From: Eledone cirrhosa
Lineage: Eukaryota
DNA length: 64,000 bases
Assembly: GCA_964016885.1 (NCBI GenBank)
Contig: OZ024740.1
Location: 109,554,001-109,618,000, forward strand
Reading direction: 5' to 3'
In this document: positions 1-13,700 of the stretch, piece after piece
Layout: every line of letters starts with the position of its first letter
Numbering within the stretch: position 1 is the stretch's first letter
The notes under the pieces: generated by a model
The model's database searches: none
Told to the model about the DNA's origin: nothing
The model's input: only the letters and a program-made list of their open reading frames with translations
Position numbers and translations under genes: made by a program

Positions 1-152
1 TGGAACCAACCAACCAACTGGAAATTTATAAATTCTTAAATTTATAAATTTAATTTATAATAAATTGGAGTGAAAGCAACTGGTGCGTGTGTATCTTATT
101 GGCAACATGTCCCTCCCAAAGCATAACAATATATATATATATATATATATAT

Positions 153-1292
153 GAGAGTATTGAACTTTGCTTGAAGCATTGTGGAATAATAAGGTAAATT
201 TCTTTAAGTCGTTTGAAAGCCTCGACAATGCAAATGGGTAAATCTCCGGGTAACAAGATCCGGTGGTGGAGAGAGAGATGTAAGTGGGTGTACGTTGAGA
301 TGCGTGGTGTGTATAAGACGTGTAGAGGGATGAAGGAAAGAGCGTAAAGGATAAAAATAAAAATAAACAACACGAGAGAGAGTTACCTTGGGAGAGATTT
401 AATTGTCCCTATATATTTCGGATTCACATCCATCAACTGGGGTTTTTTTCCGGGGGGCGGGGGAAAGGTTGTCTGTCGGAAAGGTGCAAAACGTGTCCTC
501 CGTTGTTCGTTGTTTTGAATATCTGAGGTATTCAGCAGAGCGCGCGTGAAATGGGGTCGGTCAGGCAGAGGTCAGCGGCCGAAGTAGTTCTTTCAATTGT
601 GGGAGTGGGGTGGCGCTAGCTGTCAGTCCATTCTGCCTGTTTGTTAAATGTTACTGTGTGTGTGTGTGTGTGTGCGTGTGTTGTTGTCTCACTTGAGTGT
701 GCGTGTGTTGTTGCCTTGTTCCTCTGTATTGGCAGTGTAGTATGTTCGTATGGTGGAATGCTACTGTGTGTGTGTGTGCGTGTGTGTGTGTAGTTGTCTC
801 ATTTGTGTGTGTGTGTGCGTGTGTTGTTGCATCGTTTGTTAGCTTAAACCAGCCATCTTATTTCGATTCTCGGATCGGTTGTTTATTTGCGGTTGCAGGC
901 GTTTGATCCAAAGTGCTTCCTTGATACGTAACGTGCCGACGTTTCTTTCTGTCGCTAGAATTGTGACAATGGGCCTTTCATCTTTGTTTCCGCATTTGGC
1001 TATGTGTTTCCGGAAAGACGAGGTCCTAGTTTTAGTGTGTTCCTTGATCCGGATGTGCAACGGCCGGATTGTGCTACCTATATAGTATTGGTTGCACTTG
1101 TTACATTCTATCTTATACACGACGTATGTGCGTAGGCAACAGTTCGCATGGCGCATCGGGCAGTCTCTGAAGGATCACGCGTCAGTTGATTTCCCGGGTT
1201 TCCTGGAGAGGCATCTTCGCAGGGAGGAGCCCGAGTGGGCCAGGTGGATGTCGAGGCCCTCTCTCCGTATAACCTTGCGGATAGCGTTGGTG
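153..1292 (-). mobile_element. 5'-truncated Penelope-like retroelement: GIY-YIG endonuclease end plus 3' pseudo-LTR
   Basis: ORF 839-1156 reads VVYKIECNKCNQYYIGST...RIKEH...EALWIKRLQPQIN, a PLE-type GIY-YIG domain. The upstream frameshifted linker is at 1175-1292. (TA)n tracts flank both ends (129-152 and 1294-1311). Confidence 0.85.
407..442 (-). ncRNA. Variant minimal hammerhead-like motif in the Penelope 3' region
   Basis: Minus strand reads CCCC-AG-TTGATG-GAT-GTGA-ATC-C-GAAA-TATATA-GGG. The core deviates from CUGANGA. A related motif at 26995-27028 has compensatory stem changes. Confidence 0.55.
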
Positions 1293-1293
1293 G

Positions 1294-1324
<31 letters not shown>

Positions 1325-1514
1325 GTATATTTGTATGTATGTGTGCGTATAAACACATACACACACAAGCATATTCTTACTTTGTGAATTTCTGTGTATG
1401 GTTGTTAATTTCAAATAGTTAACTTTAGTCTTTAAATTTCTAGAACAAATTACTTTAAATGCTTCCAGCTGTTACACACACACACATGATTACTGGTACA
1501 TTGATATCTGCTAC

Positions 1515-1925
1515 TGATGATGGTGGCATTGGTGTGACATTGATAATGATGATGGTGGTGGTGGTGGTAGCATTGACGGTGATGATGGTGATCGGGACAT
1601 TGATGTTGGTAGTGGTGGTGGTATTTTAGGTGGTAGTTGTGATGGGGGTGATGTTGATGGTGACATTCATGGTGATAGTGTTGGCTCAGGTGATGTCATT
1701 GAAGTGAAGGTGGTGATTGTGACATTGATGGTGCTGGTCGTGGTAGCATTGGAAGTGGTAGCTGTAATGGAGGTGATGTTGATGGTGACATTGATGTTGG
1801 TGGTGTTGGCTCTGGTGGTGATGATGATGGAGAATGGTATTGGAGGTGATGGTGGCAATGGTAGCTGTGATAGTGATGATGTTGATGATGATTGTGGAAG
1901 TAGTAGTAATGGTGATATTGGTGCT
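1515..1925. repeat. Degenerate (GGT/GAT)n trinucleotide low-complexity tract
   Basis: Continuous ggt/gat/gtt triplets. The ORFs here are compositional artefacts. Confidence 0.85.
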
Positions 1926-2092
1926 ACAATGTTAACATTTGAACTTAATTAGATTAATGAAATTAATTATAAACCATAATTAAAAGGTGAAGTTTACATA
2001 AATATTTGATTTCATCTAAGAACCTTTTTACTGTTCACCATAATTTCCTATCAACAGGATAAAATATGTAGTTTTTTCTCTAACCCATATCA

Positions 2093-2712
2093 ATCTCTCC
2101 CTGTCCTTCTCTCTCCCTGTCCCTCTCTCTCCCTGTCCCTCTCTCTCCCTGTCCCTCTCTCTCCCTGTCCCTCTCTCTCCCTGTCCCTCTCTCTCCCTGT
2201 CCTTCTCTCCCCCTGTCCTTCTCTCTCCCTGTCCCTCTCTCTCCCTGTCCCTCTCTCTCCCTGTCCTTCTCTCCCCCTGTCCTTCTCTCCCCCTGTCCTT
2301 CTCTCCCCCTGTCCTTCTCTCCCCCTGTCCTTCTCTCCCCCTGTCTCTTTCTCTCCCCCTGTCTCTTTCTCTCCTTGTCTGTCTCTTTCTCTCCTTGTCT
2401 GTCTCTTTCTCTCCTTGTCTGTCTCTCTCTCCTTGTCCGTCTCTTTCTCTCCTTGTCCGTCTCTTTCTCTCCTTGTCCGTCTCTTTCTCTCCTTGTCCAT
2501 CTCTTTCTCTCCTTGTCCGTCTCTTTCTCTCCTTGTCCGTCTCTTTCTCTCCTTGTCCGTCTCTTTCTCTCCTTGTCTGTTGCCTCTCTCTCTCTCTCTG
2601 TCTTTTTCTCTCCTTGTCTGTCTCCTCTCTCTCTGTCTTTTTCTCTTCTTGTCTGTTTCCTTCTCTCTCTCTCCATGTCTCTTTCTCGCCTTGTCTGTCT
2701 CCCCCCCCCTCG
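2093..2712. repeat. Polypyrimidine minisatellite (16-20 bp units)
   Basis: Units drift from ctctctctccctgtcc to ctctttctctccttgtccgt along the array. Confidence 0.95.
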
Positions 2713-2759
2713 CTCTAATCTCGGGGATCTGACTGTCCTCCCACTTTCTCCTTTTGAAA

Positions 2760-3600
2760 GCACACTGTAAGTCCGCCTCAGTCGACCAACTTGAATTGGA
2801 ATCACTTTCTTTCTCATTCTATTAGTCCAAAGATAATGTAGAGGGAGTAGTGACTTCAGTGGATGACATCTGAAAGTGAAAGTTGTCCAGAATATTAAAG
2901 TCTATAGAGTGTTCTTCAGTGACTGGTTGTTGGGCGTAGTTGATTAACATGTTTCCATTTCAGTGAACCCACCTAGACTTTGTAGATAACTTGTATGATT
3001 CTTTTAAAGATGATCCAACAACCCACTTTCAGTGACCAGGCTGGTAATCTGACTACCAGGCTGGAACATTGTTTTTTTTTTCCCTTAAGTTGTGGATATA
3101 TACATGTTGAGTGAATTACATTGCGAGTTAATCATGACTGTCTGTTTATCATTGTTTTGTCAAGAGAGCAGTTGCCTCGGCACTGAGGGTTTTGTGTAGC
3201 TCGGTAGTTTAGTAGAAACATGTCTAAGATTTCTACCATCATCCCTTCCTCCTTTGACTTTGTTAATGCTCATTTGAAAGTATCAACGAAGCATTCTGTC
3301 TGTCCATTAGACTGAAGGGGAAAAAAGATGTTGAGGTGATATGTATGTAATGGCTGGACTGATGTGAACTGGGTGCTGCTAACTGATACTATTATCTCTT
3401 GGAAGCCAAACATCGAGAATAAGTGCCACAATCATGGGTGCTGCCCTGAGGAAGACTTTTAACCACTTACTGTAGACATCAACAAGGAAAAAGTTTTGAC
3501 AGCTAACTAAAGAATTTGACCTTCCTGACAAGTGGTGGTGGTTCTGTTAATAGTGGTGGTATTGGTGGTGATGACAAAGATTTTTAGTGATTTACTTTCA
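2760..3600 (-). pseudogene. Degraded Gypsy/Ty3 (K02A2.6-like) integrase fragment
   Basis: Manual minus-strand translation gives VDVYSKWLKVF, FSMFGFQEIIVSVSSTQFTS and LQSNGQTECFVDTFK*AL, which match the rve integrase core, with stops and frameshifts. Confidence 0.75.
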
Positions 3601-4499
3601 GGTCTCAAATAATTGTCCCCAACCCCTGCTTAATAATGTTTCAGATTTTTTCCAGACCATCCCTGCTTATTAAATTTTGCTAATCTATCTCTGGCGAAAT
3701 TTTATTTTAAGTAGTAGCATTCCCATGACAATTAATTTTCTTTATACATTAAAAAGCTTTATACATGACCAAAAACTTACATTACTAGAAATCCCATACG
3801 TTATAAAATAAATAGGGTGGGTTGGAGTCTCAATATGTAAACTAAACTACTAATTCTGTTTTTTTTTTTGTTTTTTTAAAAAATCAACTAGAAAAAATGG
3901 CCGATTTTCCAACTTCTCCGCAAGAGTAAGTACTGATCACAAGATATTATTTCATATTAAGGTTCAGTAATATGTCTTTCTGAATTTTGTGTTTTAGACA
4001 GCTGACTAATTGGCTTAAGTAACATTGGCCCTGCTCAACTAGACTAATATCTTGTCAGTAAGATTTGGTAGTTACCTGTTGAAGTTTAGCCCAAGTCAGC
4101 TCAGACTAAGCACATCTATCTTTCTTTTAGTCACAGTGCACCTAGGACATTATCCAAAATGCCTGATATATGCAAACACATATATAAATGAACACAGACA
4201 CAGAAACTCTCTTTTCTTTCTTTCCCTCGCGCTCTCTCTATCTTTCTTTCTTACCCACACATAATCATTTGAATGTATGCTGATGTAGTCACATATACAC
4301 ACATACATATACATTCTTTCAAATACACATGTATACACTAAAATACATGCTGATGTAGTCAAACACACACATACACATTGCATACCAATCAAAATCTGCA
4401 GCTCATATATACGCAGGTTTAGCTGGCCTCTTATGAAGTTTCATCCCATAGGATGTTTCTCAGGTGTTTTAATGATACGGGCCAGAGTCCTATCATGAA

Positions 4500-4615
4500 A
4501 AGCAACATGAAACGAAGTGTCTTTCTCAAGAACACAATGCACCACCTGGTCAAGGAATTGAACCTACAACCTTATTGTGAGTCCAACATCCTAACCACTA
4601 AGCCATATGCCTTCA
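4500..4615 (-). mobile_element. tRNA-derived SINE head (cephalopod-type)
   Basis: Minus strand has an A-box TGGCTTAGTGG, a B-box GGTTCAATTCC and a TTCTTGAGAAAGACACTT core. Homologous to 38400-38545 and 63816-63955. Confidence 0.8.
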
Positions 4616-4779
4616 CTTGAAACATCAAAACAACCACACACTCACAACCACACACACATACACATACACACACATACACATACACACAGAGCCACACGCA
4701 CACAACCACACACAGCCACACAGTTACACACACACACAGCCACACACACACACACAGCCACACACACAGCCACACACAG

Positions 4780-4820
<41 letters not shown>

Positions 4821-4870
4821 AACATGATGACTGCAAACTCTGCTACGAATATTGCAATCGCTTGTCAGAT

Positions 4871-6560
4871 TCAGATGTGTGACACCCGGATATGGCTTTT
4901 CAAGCCTGTTAGTAGAGACTTGCACTCCTTCGCACACAGACAACTATAGATCTCCCTAGCCTGAGGTCTTCCATAAGGTTGCCCATGAACCCTCACAACA
5001 CCATGGAGATCATAGTTCACTGGTTCTCTTCGAACATGGTTGCGACTGTGGCTCCTGAGACCAGATTTGCTCAAGCAAATTTTTCCACACTCAGGGCACA
5101 CCAATTCAATGAAGACACTGTTCATTTCGAGAGATACACCAGGGCATTGCTTATGCACATCCCGTTTGATCTTCTTGTGCTCTATGCCTCTGTCCTCAAA
5201 ATTATGGACCCCACCATTCCATGCCAAGTTTCTTTTTCAAGAGCTTCTATCTCCCAGTCAGCCATCATCAAACCAGTTTTTTTCAATGAGTCCTTTACAC
5301 AAACCTTGAATCGGAGCCTTGGCTTGTAAAGTGGTCTCTTACCTTCACAAAGCTCGCCATACAAAAGTTGTTTTGGGATTCGATCATCCTCCATTCTGTA
5401 GCGGTGTCCAGTCCATTGCAAACACCGTTGGTCGATGATACTCTCAATGCTCCAACACTCACTTCTCTCAAGGACCTCAACATCACTCATGCATCTGCCA
5501 CTTGATACCGGCATCTTTCTGAGACACTGCTGGTGAAATCGTTCCAATCTTTGGATATGCCGTTTGTAGGCAACCCATGTCTTACATGCATACAGCAAAT
5601 CTGACAGTACACATGCAGCATACACTCTCACCTTGGTCCTCATTGTGATTCCTCACCTGTACCAAAGATGGTTACTGACCCTTCCAAATGACTCATTTAC
5701 CTTACTAACACGTAGACCAACTTCTGCATCCAGAGAGCAGGTCACACTCAGAGTACTCCCCAAATACACAAATCTGTCAGCAACCTGCAGCTTTTGACTG
5801 TATACGTATATGGAGGGTTCATTGAAAACTTTATACGGAGTATGTTGGTACATGATGACAGTCTTCTTCAGACTGATTGTCAGTCCCAAAGCACTGCACG
5901 TATTGGAAAAAGAGTCCATAAGGTGTTGCATGTCACTCTGGGAGTGTGCAAAGAGATCACAATCATCTGCATACAGAAATTCTCTGATCGAGGTATTCAG
6001 TACCTTAGTGTTGGCAGTGAGACGCCTGAGGTTAAACAGCTTGCCGGAAGTGCGATATCTGAGATAGATACCATGTTGACAATCCTTGAAGTCCATGAAC
6101 ACCACCATTGCGAAATACAAGGCAAAGAAAATTGGTGCAGGTATATCACCTTGCTTGACACCATTTTCAACTGAGATTGGCTCAGACAATTTACCTCCAA
6201 TATTTACCCATGCTTGCATATCATCATGGAAGAGTTTCAGTATGTTCACAAACTTTTCAGGACAGCCCAATCTCTCCAAAATAACCCACAAAGCCTTCCA
6301 ATTAACGGGTGTCAAATGCTTTGGTCAGATCAACAAAAACTTGGTATAAGTCCATGCGCTGCCTGCTAAATGCATTTCTCTTGAAGTTGTTTGGCTGAGA
6401 AGACCATGTCAACTGTGCCTTTGCCATTCCTAAAACCACATTGGGACTCAGGAAGTACCTCAATAGCAATGTGCTGTATCGGTCTGTCTAACAAAATCTT
6501 GCACAAGATCTTCCAGCCACAGATAGCAGTGAAATACCTCTGTAGTTGCCACAATCATCT
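4871..6560 (-). mobile_element. RTE/BovB-like LINE, degraded RT through C-terminal C2H2 zinc finger
   Basis: Frameshifted ORFs show LPESQCGFR, GVKQGD, YRTSGKLFNLRRL, LYADD, FVYLGS, RIPKQLLYGEL and CPECGKICLSKSGLRSHSRNH. Confidence 0.92.
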
Positions 6561-7225
6561 TTGGCTCCCTTTCATCCGATGACTTGATTAAACGTCTCCA
6601 CTTCACACGCTCCTCAGCCATTTTCTTCCATTCGTCAGATGAAATTCCAGCACAAGCCAAGGTGCCTCTGACACAGTCCCGGTGTCACATTTTTGGTTTG
6701 TGTGGTGGTCGCCTTCCTTCACACAGTTTTCAGCAGAGAGTTGCTTTGGAATGCAATCATCAGACATCCGGCCCGCGTGTCCGCACCAGCTGAGCCGTTC
6801 GAGAACTTCCAAATCACTGATGAACATTTTCCATCACACTCCAAGTAACTTACGAAGAGATTGGTGGTGAAATCTCTCCAGTTCCTTGAGGTGCTTTCGA
6901 TATGTCACCCATGTTTCACAAACATAAAGTAAAGAGGAGACGACACAAGTCAGATACACTTTCACCTTGGTTTCGATAGTGATACCTCGTCAGGACCATA
7001 AACGTTCATGCAGCCGTCCAAAAGCATCACTGGCTTTCTTGATTCTTAAGGACATCTCATCATCGAGTGTGCATGAATTGTTCAACGTACTACCAAAGTA
7101 AACAAAATTGTCAGCAACTGTTAGCCTCTTTCCGTACACGTACACACTTGGTGCAGTGTATTCTTTTCCAGGGGCTGGCTGATACATTACAACAGTCTTT
7201 TCCAAGCTTATTATGAGGGTGGAGG
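6560..7225 (-). mobile_element. Second RTE/BovB-like LINE 3' fragment, abutting or nested in the first
   Basis: ISLEKTVVMYQPAPGK, FVYFGSTL, AFGRLHERLW and WCGHAGRMSDDCIPKQL repeat the region already present at 5182-5900. Confidence 0.85.
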
Positions 7226-7429
7226 AACTCAATAGAGTCAATGGCCATCCAAATACCGTGTACATGTCTGTATGTGGGTGTATGAGTGCTCTATTTGTAT
7301 ATATTTATGTATATGCATTTTTTTTTTGTGTATATGTATATTTGATATATCCTCGGGTGTAAATTTTAAATTTTTTTTTTTAATACTTTTAATTCTTTGA
7401 ACTTTTTTAATCTTTTGTCTCTCTTTTAT

Positions 7430-8968
7430 ATCCTCGGATGTATGGTTGCACGCATCATCAATCAGGCTATATATGGTGGTGTCATACCCAAAGACTGGTG
7501 CAGCAGTATTCTCATAAATTGCCACAAAGGTAAAGGGGATGCTCTGGAGAGGAGGAATTATAAGGGTATAAAACTGATGGATCAGGTTATGAAAGTGGCA
7601 GAAAGGATATTAGTGCAACTAATTAGAGAAAGGGTCAAACTAGATGAGATTCAGTTTGGTTTTGTGCCTGGGAAAAGTACAACAGATGCCCTCTTCTTGG
7701 TGAGATAATTACAAGAGAGGTTCTTAGAGAAGAATAAGCCACTATACTTAGCCTTTGTTGACTCAGAGAAGGCCTTTGATAGGGTACCCTGATCTGTCAT
7801 CTGGTGGTCCCTAAGGAAACTAGGTATTGAGGACTGGCTTGTGAGGACAGTGCAAACTTTGTACAGAGGTGCTGTCAGTAAAGTGAGGGTAGGAATGGAG
7901 TTTAGTGAGGAATTCCAGATACAAGTAGGAGTACATCAAGGTTCGGTCCTCAGCCCGCTCTTGTTCATTATAGTCCTCCAAGCCATAACAGAGGAGTTTA
8001 AGACTGGATGCCCATGGGAACTTCTCTATGCTGACAATCTGGTTCTTATAGCAGAATCAGTTGAGGAGATGGAGAATATATTCTGGCTATGGAAACAGCA
8101 GTTGGAATCAAGAGGACTGAGTGAACCTAGCTAAAACAAAAGTGTTGATGAGTAGAAAAAGGGACAAAACTCTGATTCCATCAGGGAAATGGCCATGTTC
8201 GATATGCAGAAAAGGAACTGGCATAAATTCTATAAAATGCACACAATGCAGATCCTGGGTACACGAGATGTAGTGGGATAGCAGATAAACTAACAGGTAG
8301 AGAGAAATATGTATGCAGTAGATGTACAGGGAAATTAGACAGTAGAAGTCGCATTGATAGACACATATTTCAAATGCAGGCGGGTGCTAGAGAAGTGGTG
8401 GATAGCTTCCGGTACCTAGGAGATCAGATTAGCATGGGAGGGGGCTGTTCCGAGACCATAGTATCTAGAATGACGGGTTGGAAGAATTTTAGGGAGCTGG
8501 TTTCTCCCTGCATACGAAAGGCTGGTTATATGATGCCTATGTGAGTAGCGCGATGCTGCATGGTAGTGGGACATGAGCAGCAACAGCAGAGAAATGAGGC
8601 AAGCATGCTCCATTGGATGTGCAATGTCAATGTGCGTGAACGACCCAGCATGAATGTGTTGAGATAGAAACTGTGTCTGAGAGGGATAGAATGTAGTGTA
8701 CGGGCGAGGAGACTGCAGTTGTATGGACATGTGATGTGTATGGAGGATGACAAGATGGGTGAAGAAGTGTCAGGAAATGCCAGTTGAAGGAAGATGTGGT
8801 AGAGGTAGACCACGAAAAACATGGGTGGAGGTGGTGAGAACAGACCTCAGATTGCTGAAGCTCACGGTGGAGATGACGAAGGACTGTGACAAGTGGAGAG
8901 ATGCTGTGCTGAATAGGACCCGTCTCACCCTTGCAAGCAGGGAAAAGCAGACGTAAAATGATGATGAT
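7430..8968 (+). mobile_element. RTE LINE (PHD-containing family), older 5'-truncated copy
   Basis: KGKGDALERRNYKGIKL, QFGFVPGKSTTDA, GVHQGSVLSPLLF, LLYADN, Cys-rich insert and RGRPRKTW, ending in a (GAT)n tail. Several stops. Confidence 0.93.
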
Positions 8969-10014
8969 ACATATATACACTTACTGAAACATTTAAACAC
9001 AAACATATATATATATATACACATTACTCCAATCACTGCCAGCTCTATTTCATCTCTCATTTCATTTTATTTCATGTAAAGATAAGACATTCCTCCTCCT
9101 CTCATCACCACCACCACTACCACCAACACCACTATCGTCATCACTACCACTGCTGCTACTACTACTACTACAACACAACCACACAACAACAACAACAATA
9201 ATACCAATAATCCTGTGAAACAAACCATATCTATGATTTTTTTTCACACATGATTCCTGATAAGTTTGTTGTCTCACACCATTCTGCAGTTCGCTAGATA
9301 TCTTTGTCTAGTATAACCCTCCACTCCACCCCCGCTTGTTGTTTGGTATAGCCCTCCCCCACTTCTTGTCTGGTATACCCCCTGTTCTATGTGGGAAAAC
9401 ATGTGGAAATCTTCTCTTTTATCTACACTTGCATACCAACCAACCTACAACTCTAGTTCTGTATTAACATAGAAATCTGTGTGTCTATAGAAATTTTAGT
9501 TTTCACTCTATAACGACCACCACTAGATATCACCACAGAGCACATCCTGAGAACCTCAGAGGTGGTCGTTAGTTGTTGTTACTTGACCAGCTAAAAATAG
9601 CAGTCAAATGCCTGTCAAATCATTTCTTTATTTCTAGTGAAAGGACACATTAGATAATGTATGTGGTCTTAAGTTAAAGTCTATCTCTATCAAATCATAA
9701 GTGTATTTCTCATGACAATAATTTCCGTTGAAGCAGTTCTATATCGTAGAACCAGAAGGTGGGGGCGGGTTTCATGCCGTTTGGTAAAGAAAGGGTGAAA
9801 GATTAACCCCCAAAAAAAGAAAAGTAGCATTAAATATGCTGGAATGGCTGTGTGGTTAAAGAGTTCGCTCGTCTTCAGTTGAGTAATGCCTTGTGAATAG
9901 AATTTCATATATAGAAACTGCAGAAACCTGTCATGCATGTGTGTGTATGTATATATATATATATATGAGTGTATTTGTGTGACAGATATATATAATGCTT
10001 CCCAATGTATAGGA

Positions 10015-10900
10015 CTATTCAACAGAATTCGTAAAATAATCGGCTTGTATCTCCACAACCTCGGCAGGCAGAATGGAGAAGCCGTTTCCCCGGAGGATGG
10101 CAAGGGAGACGCGCTGGAAAAGCCACTCCAACTCGCGGGGCTCACACCTGCGGATGGCCAGCTCAGCGCCTATGGTAGTGAGTAGGGAGGTAGCCCTAGG
10201 GCCGAGGACACCAGAAGTCTCCACTGCCAAGAGTACAACCGCAAACTTCTCGGGGAGCGACAGGTATTTGAGGAATTTGGTCTACTCAGCCCGACTCGCA
10301 GACTGCATCAGGTTGTGCCTGCAGAAAGTGTCGGTGCAAGTGGCATCCCAGACGAGGGGTTTGCCACTGCGGAACGGGAAAATGGTCATGCCATCTGGCC
10401 TTTTGCTGTCCCCTCGATCCAGCCCCACCGGCTCGAGCTGGGAAGGGAAGCCTGCAGCGTCCAAGCCATGCTTTATCAGCTCATTGAGGGCAGCATGGCA
10501 TAGAAGGCAGCCGGCACTGTGGCGACAGGAAAGCAGGTGGAGGCCGAAAGAGTCCATGGTGGATCCACAGCGACATTGATGTGGCTCGCAGATCCGGATG
10601 CCGAGCCTCAAGGAAACGCCGAGGCGCAGGCTATTGTTGTCTAGCTGCGTGCCAGTGGAGAAGGAGGGCAGGGCATGGAGCCAGGCAGCACTGTGAGGTT
10701 TGGAGGCTGCATGAAAACAGGCAAGGCGGTGCTGGTCGAGCTGGCGCGTGAGCCTGTCTGAAGCATTGGACGGCATCCCAAGTGCTTGGGGGGGGGGGGG
10801 TTGACGTCAGCAGGGGGAGAAGGAGGAGGGACATCTACTGAGCTAAGTACCAGCCGGTCCCACGTCTCATAGGCAGCCTCACATTCTCTGAATACAAAGG
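10015..10900 (-). mobile_element. CRE-like non-LTR retrotransposon 3' part (zinc knuckle plus restriction-like endonuclease)
   Basis: CEPHQCRCG...HLLSC, KRPDGMTIFPFRSGKPLVWDATCTDT, AVETSGVLG and FQRVSLAILRGN are RLE-type PD-(D/E)xK features. Confidence 0.85.
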
Positions 10901-11782
10901 GTTATATTGTTTTTTGGAGAACCCTGCTGACGAGAACGCGGCCTCTTCTGTCTATTCGTGGTGTTGCAAGTGCTGCAGGTGTTGGCTTGTGGGGATGAAG
11001 GATGGGGCATGGGGCACCGAGTGGCATCAGGGGTGAGTGGCTGGCATGTGTGAGTGGAAGGGAAAGTGCTGATAAGAGGGCCTCATAGCTCACCTACATC
11101 AGATATGGAGGCGTCAGAAGATGAGAGAAAAGAAGGGGGTGTATGGAGGGGGACACACAAGAAGGTAGAATATTATCGAATGAATGAATGAATGTACAAA
11201 AAAAAAAAATGCAGGAAAACAAGGGGTTGTTCCCAGTGGAAAGACCCAGAGTTCAGCACGCACACATGCGAGCATGTTAGCAGTTTCTCATAGGACCTTA
11301 TGGCTGAAGGTGAGTCATTCAATCCTGAAAACGTGTTGTTATTGTCACTGATGCTAGAGTTGGCTTCCTCTTGTTAATGGTAGTGGTAGTGATTGCTGGT
11401 AAGATGTTGATGTATACACGTGTTGTTGTTAATGTCACTGTTGCTGTCATTGCCTTCCTCTTGTTAATGGTGGTAGTAGTTAAAACTGCTACCAATTCGG
11501 GCTGCCAGGCTGTTTGCTGAGGCTTGAGTGCCTTCTTTCACTGAAGATGCGGGGTCGTTGTTATTGTCCTGTTGCTTGTTAATGGTAGTGACAATTGTTG
11601 GTGCTGCCTATAACAGTTGCCAAGGTGGCTGCTGTATCAGCCTCTGTGAGTGACGCTCCAATGGCTTTCTTGACCGAAGATGCAGGTCAGTGGCTTTCAG
11701 CATCATCATTTGGCAGCACAACGGCAAATAAATATATTCTCTTCTAGGAAAAGGACACAGTGGATAATGTAAGTGGTCTTAA

Positions 11783-12001
11783 CCCTTTAACATTTACATT
11801 ACTCTATATTTACTATTGTATTTTTGTGGTAAAGGCTTTACCTCACATAATTATCTCATAATATCAAATCTCGTAGATTTGATGTTATCTATTTTGAAAT
11901 CAATACCTTAACGTCATTATGAGTGGCTGGTTACAGCCAGTTTGAAACAGAAAGTGGTGAGAGAATTCTGGCTGGATACGGCTGGTTTAAATGTTAAAGG
12001 G
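11783..12001. mobile_element. piggyBac-type MITE
   Basis: 14-bp TIR CCCTTTAACATTTA at both ends, with TTAA duplication at 11779-11782 and 12002-12005. Empty paralogous site at 9641-9682. Confidence 0.9.
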
Positions 12002-13279
12002 TTAAGTTAAAGTCTCCCAAGTCTAAAGGTTCATCAGGTGGAAATTTATCTTGGTTTCATGAGGCATTAAGCAACTAAGAGTACAAGATTGCTCTCTTGG
12101 ACATGATGCCATCTTTCACAAGGTTATCCCTTAATTACTGTCTAATACTCATGAATGCACTGGAAGGTGCTGACAATCCCATTACTATCTTTAATGGCAC
12201 AGCCTCAGATTTAGAACAATTTATGTTAAGCTTATTCCAAAACTCTGTCATTAAATTATTGTAAATTAGTGTGGTCACAAGAATGTTCTGAAATGCCACC
12301 CCATCCAGCACCAAAACCTTGCGACTGGCCTGTTTTGATTAAAGCTGTAATGTACTGCCTGGTCCTGGGATTGAACCTCTTACTTTACTTATTTGAGACA
12401 AGTGCCTTAACTACTTTGCTGCACACCTTCATGATGTGATCATAGCTGGAATGCTTTTGTTCATACACACATAAACATAAATAGATAATCCTGTAACAAT
12501 ATATATGAACCACTGGGATCCAGAAGCCTTAGAACTAGTGTTGTTGTTTAGCCCTAGATCAATGCAAAGATAGAATATATTTATATATATGTTTACTTAT
12601 TTGGTTTGCAAGATTCTTAATGTGAAATCATGTGTTGAAACAGATATTGTTATATTTGGAAATGGTCATTCTGCCAATAAAACCACATGTACTATTTGAC
12701 TTTTACTTCAGCTTTATTATTATTAGTTATTGGTTATTTCATCAAAGCTCTTTTGTCACACATTTTGTAACCTCCTCAATGAATATTTGTTGTTACTCTC
12801 TGTGTCTCCTCTTCTTCCTGGTCCTATTTTGTTTACTCCATCTTGTCTGCACATGCATTTGTATATGTACCTGTGTGTCTGTGTTCGGCATGTTTATGTA
12901 TGTATGTGTATGAGGGGTGGGGGGTTTGTATATTGCACTGTTTGTGTCTTCCAATGTTTTTCTTTTTGTTTCCTGTTCAATCTTCACTCGTTAGGTTGTG
13001 AGTGTGGGGTTGTTCAGAGCCAGACTTTTACCTGCTGAGGTCCTAAGCTATAGGAAATTTGAGCCTCTTCTCTAAAAAATTTCGAATAAAAATGTTTTGA
13101 ATAATTATACATGATTAATATACAAAATTAAATCAGTTCCAAAATGTTCTTTTTATCTATCTAATTGATTTATTCCATTTACTGCATAGAAAATAATTAG
13201 TGCCCTTAACAATTAGTAAGTATTCAGTACAAATATTTAAACAAAACTAAATTTAATAATCAATCCTTTTTATTAAAAC

Positions 13280-13700
13280 ATCCTTTTCCATGATTTATCT
13301 CTAGCAAAAGCAATTATTTTGTCGAAAGGAGTGCAACATAACTTGTGACTTTCTATACACGGAAGACTAAGTGCAGCCTGTTGATCTTGTGACATGTTTG
13401 TTTGAAGTTCATTTTTTTAATTCCTTTTATCTGTAAAAAGGATCTTTCTCCTTTGTAATCTGTAACCATCAAACATAGGAATAATTGTAAACTGACTTCT
13501 AAGTTTGGAAAAGCTTGATGAATGTTTTCTTTGTAGATTACTTGATATAGAAACTTGTAATCAACATGTTCATCTTTCCTATAATTTTGCTTCACATAAA
13601 CATGAAAATGTTTCAATTCACCAACAAAGTTCATATGAACATTGTTAGGTTATTCTTTAATAATTGCTGTTACTGCATCACATAGTTGCTCCTCTGAAGA
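13280..13700 (-). pseudogene. hAT transposase C-terminal dimerisation domain remnant
   Basis: AFPNLEVSLQLFLCLMVTDYKGERSF matches the hAT FPN...ERSFS motif. A hAT-like end (CAGAGCCAGAC...GAGGTCCTAAGC) lies near 13015. Confidence 0.75.

Noticed and set aside
2080-2817. 245-aa R/E/G-rich ORF and overlapping S/L-rich ORFs
   Set aside because: These are translations of the minisatellite; only the first ~25 codons belong to the Gypsy remnant.
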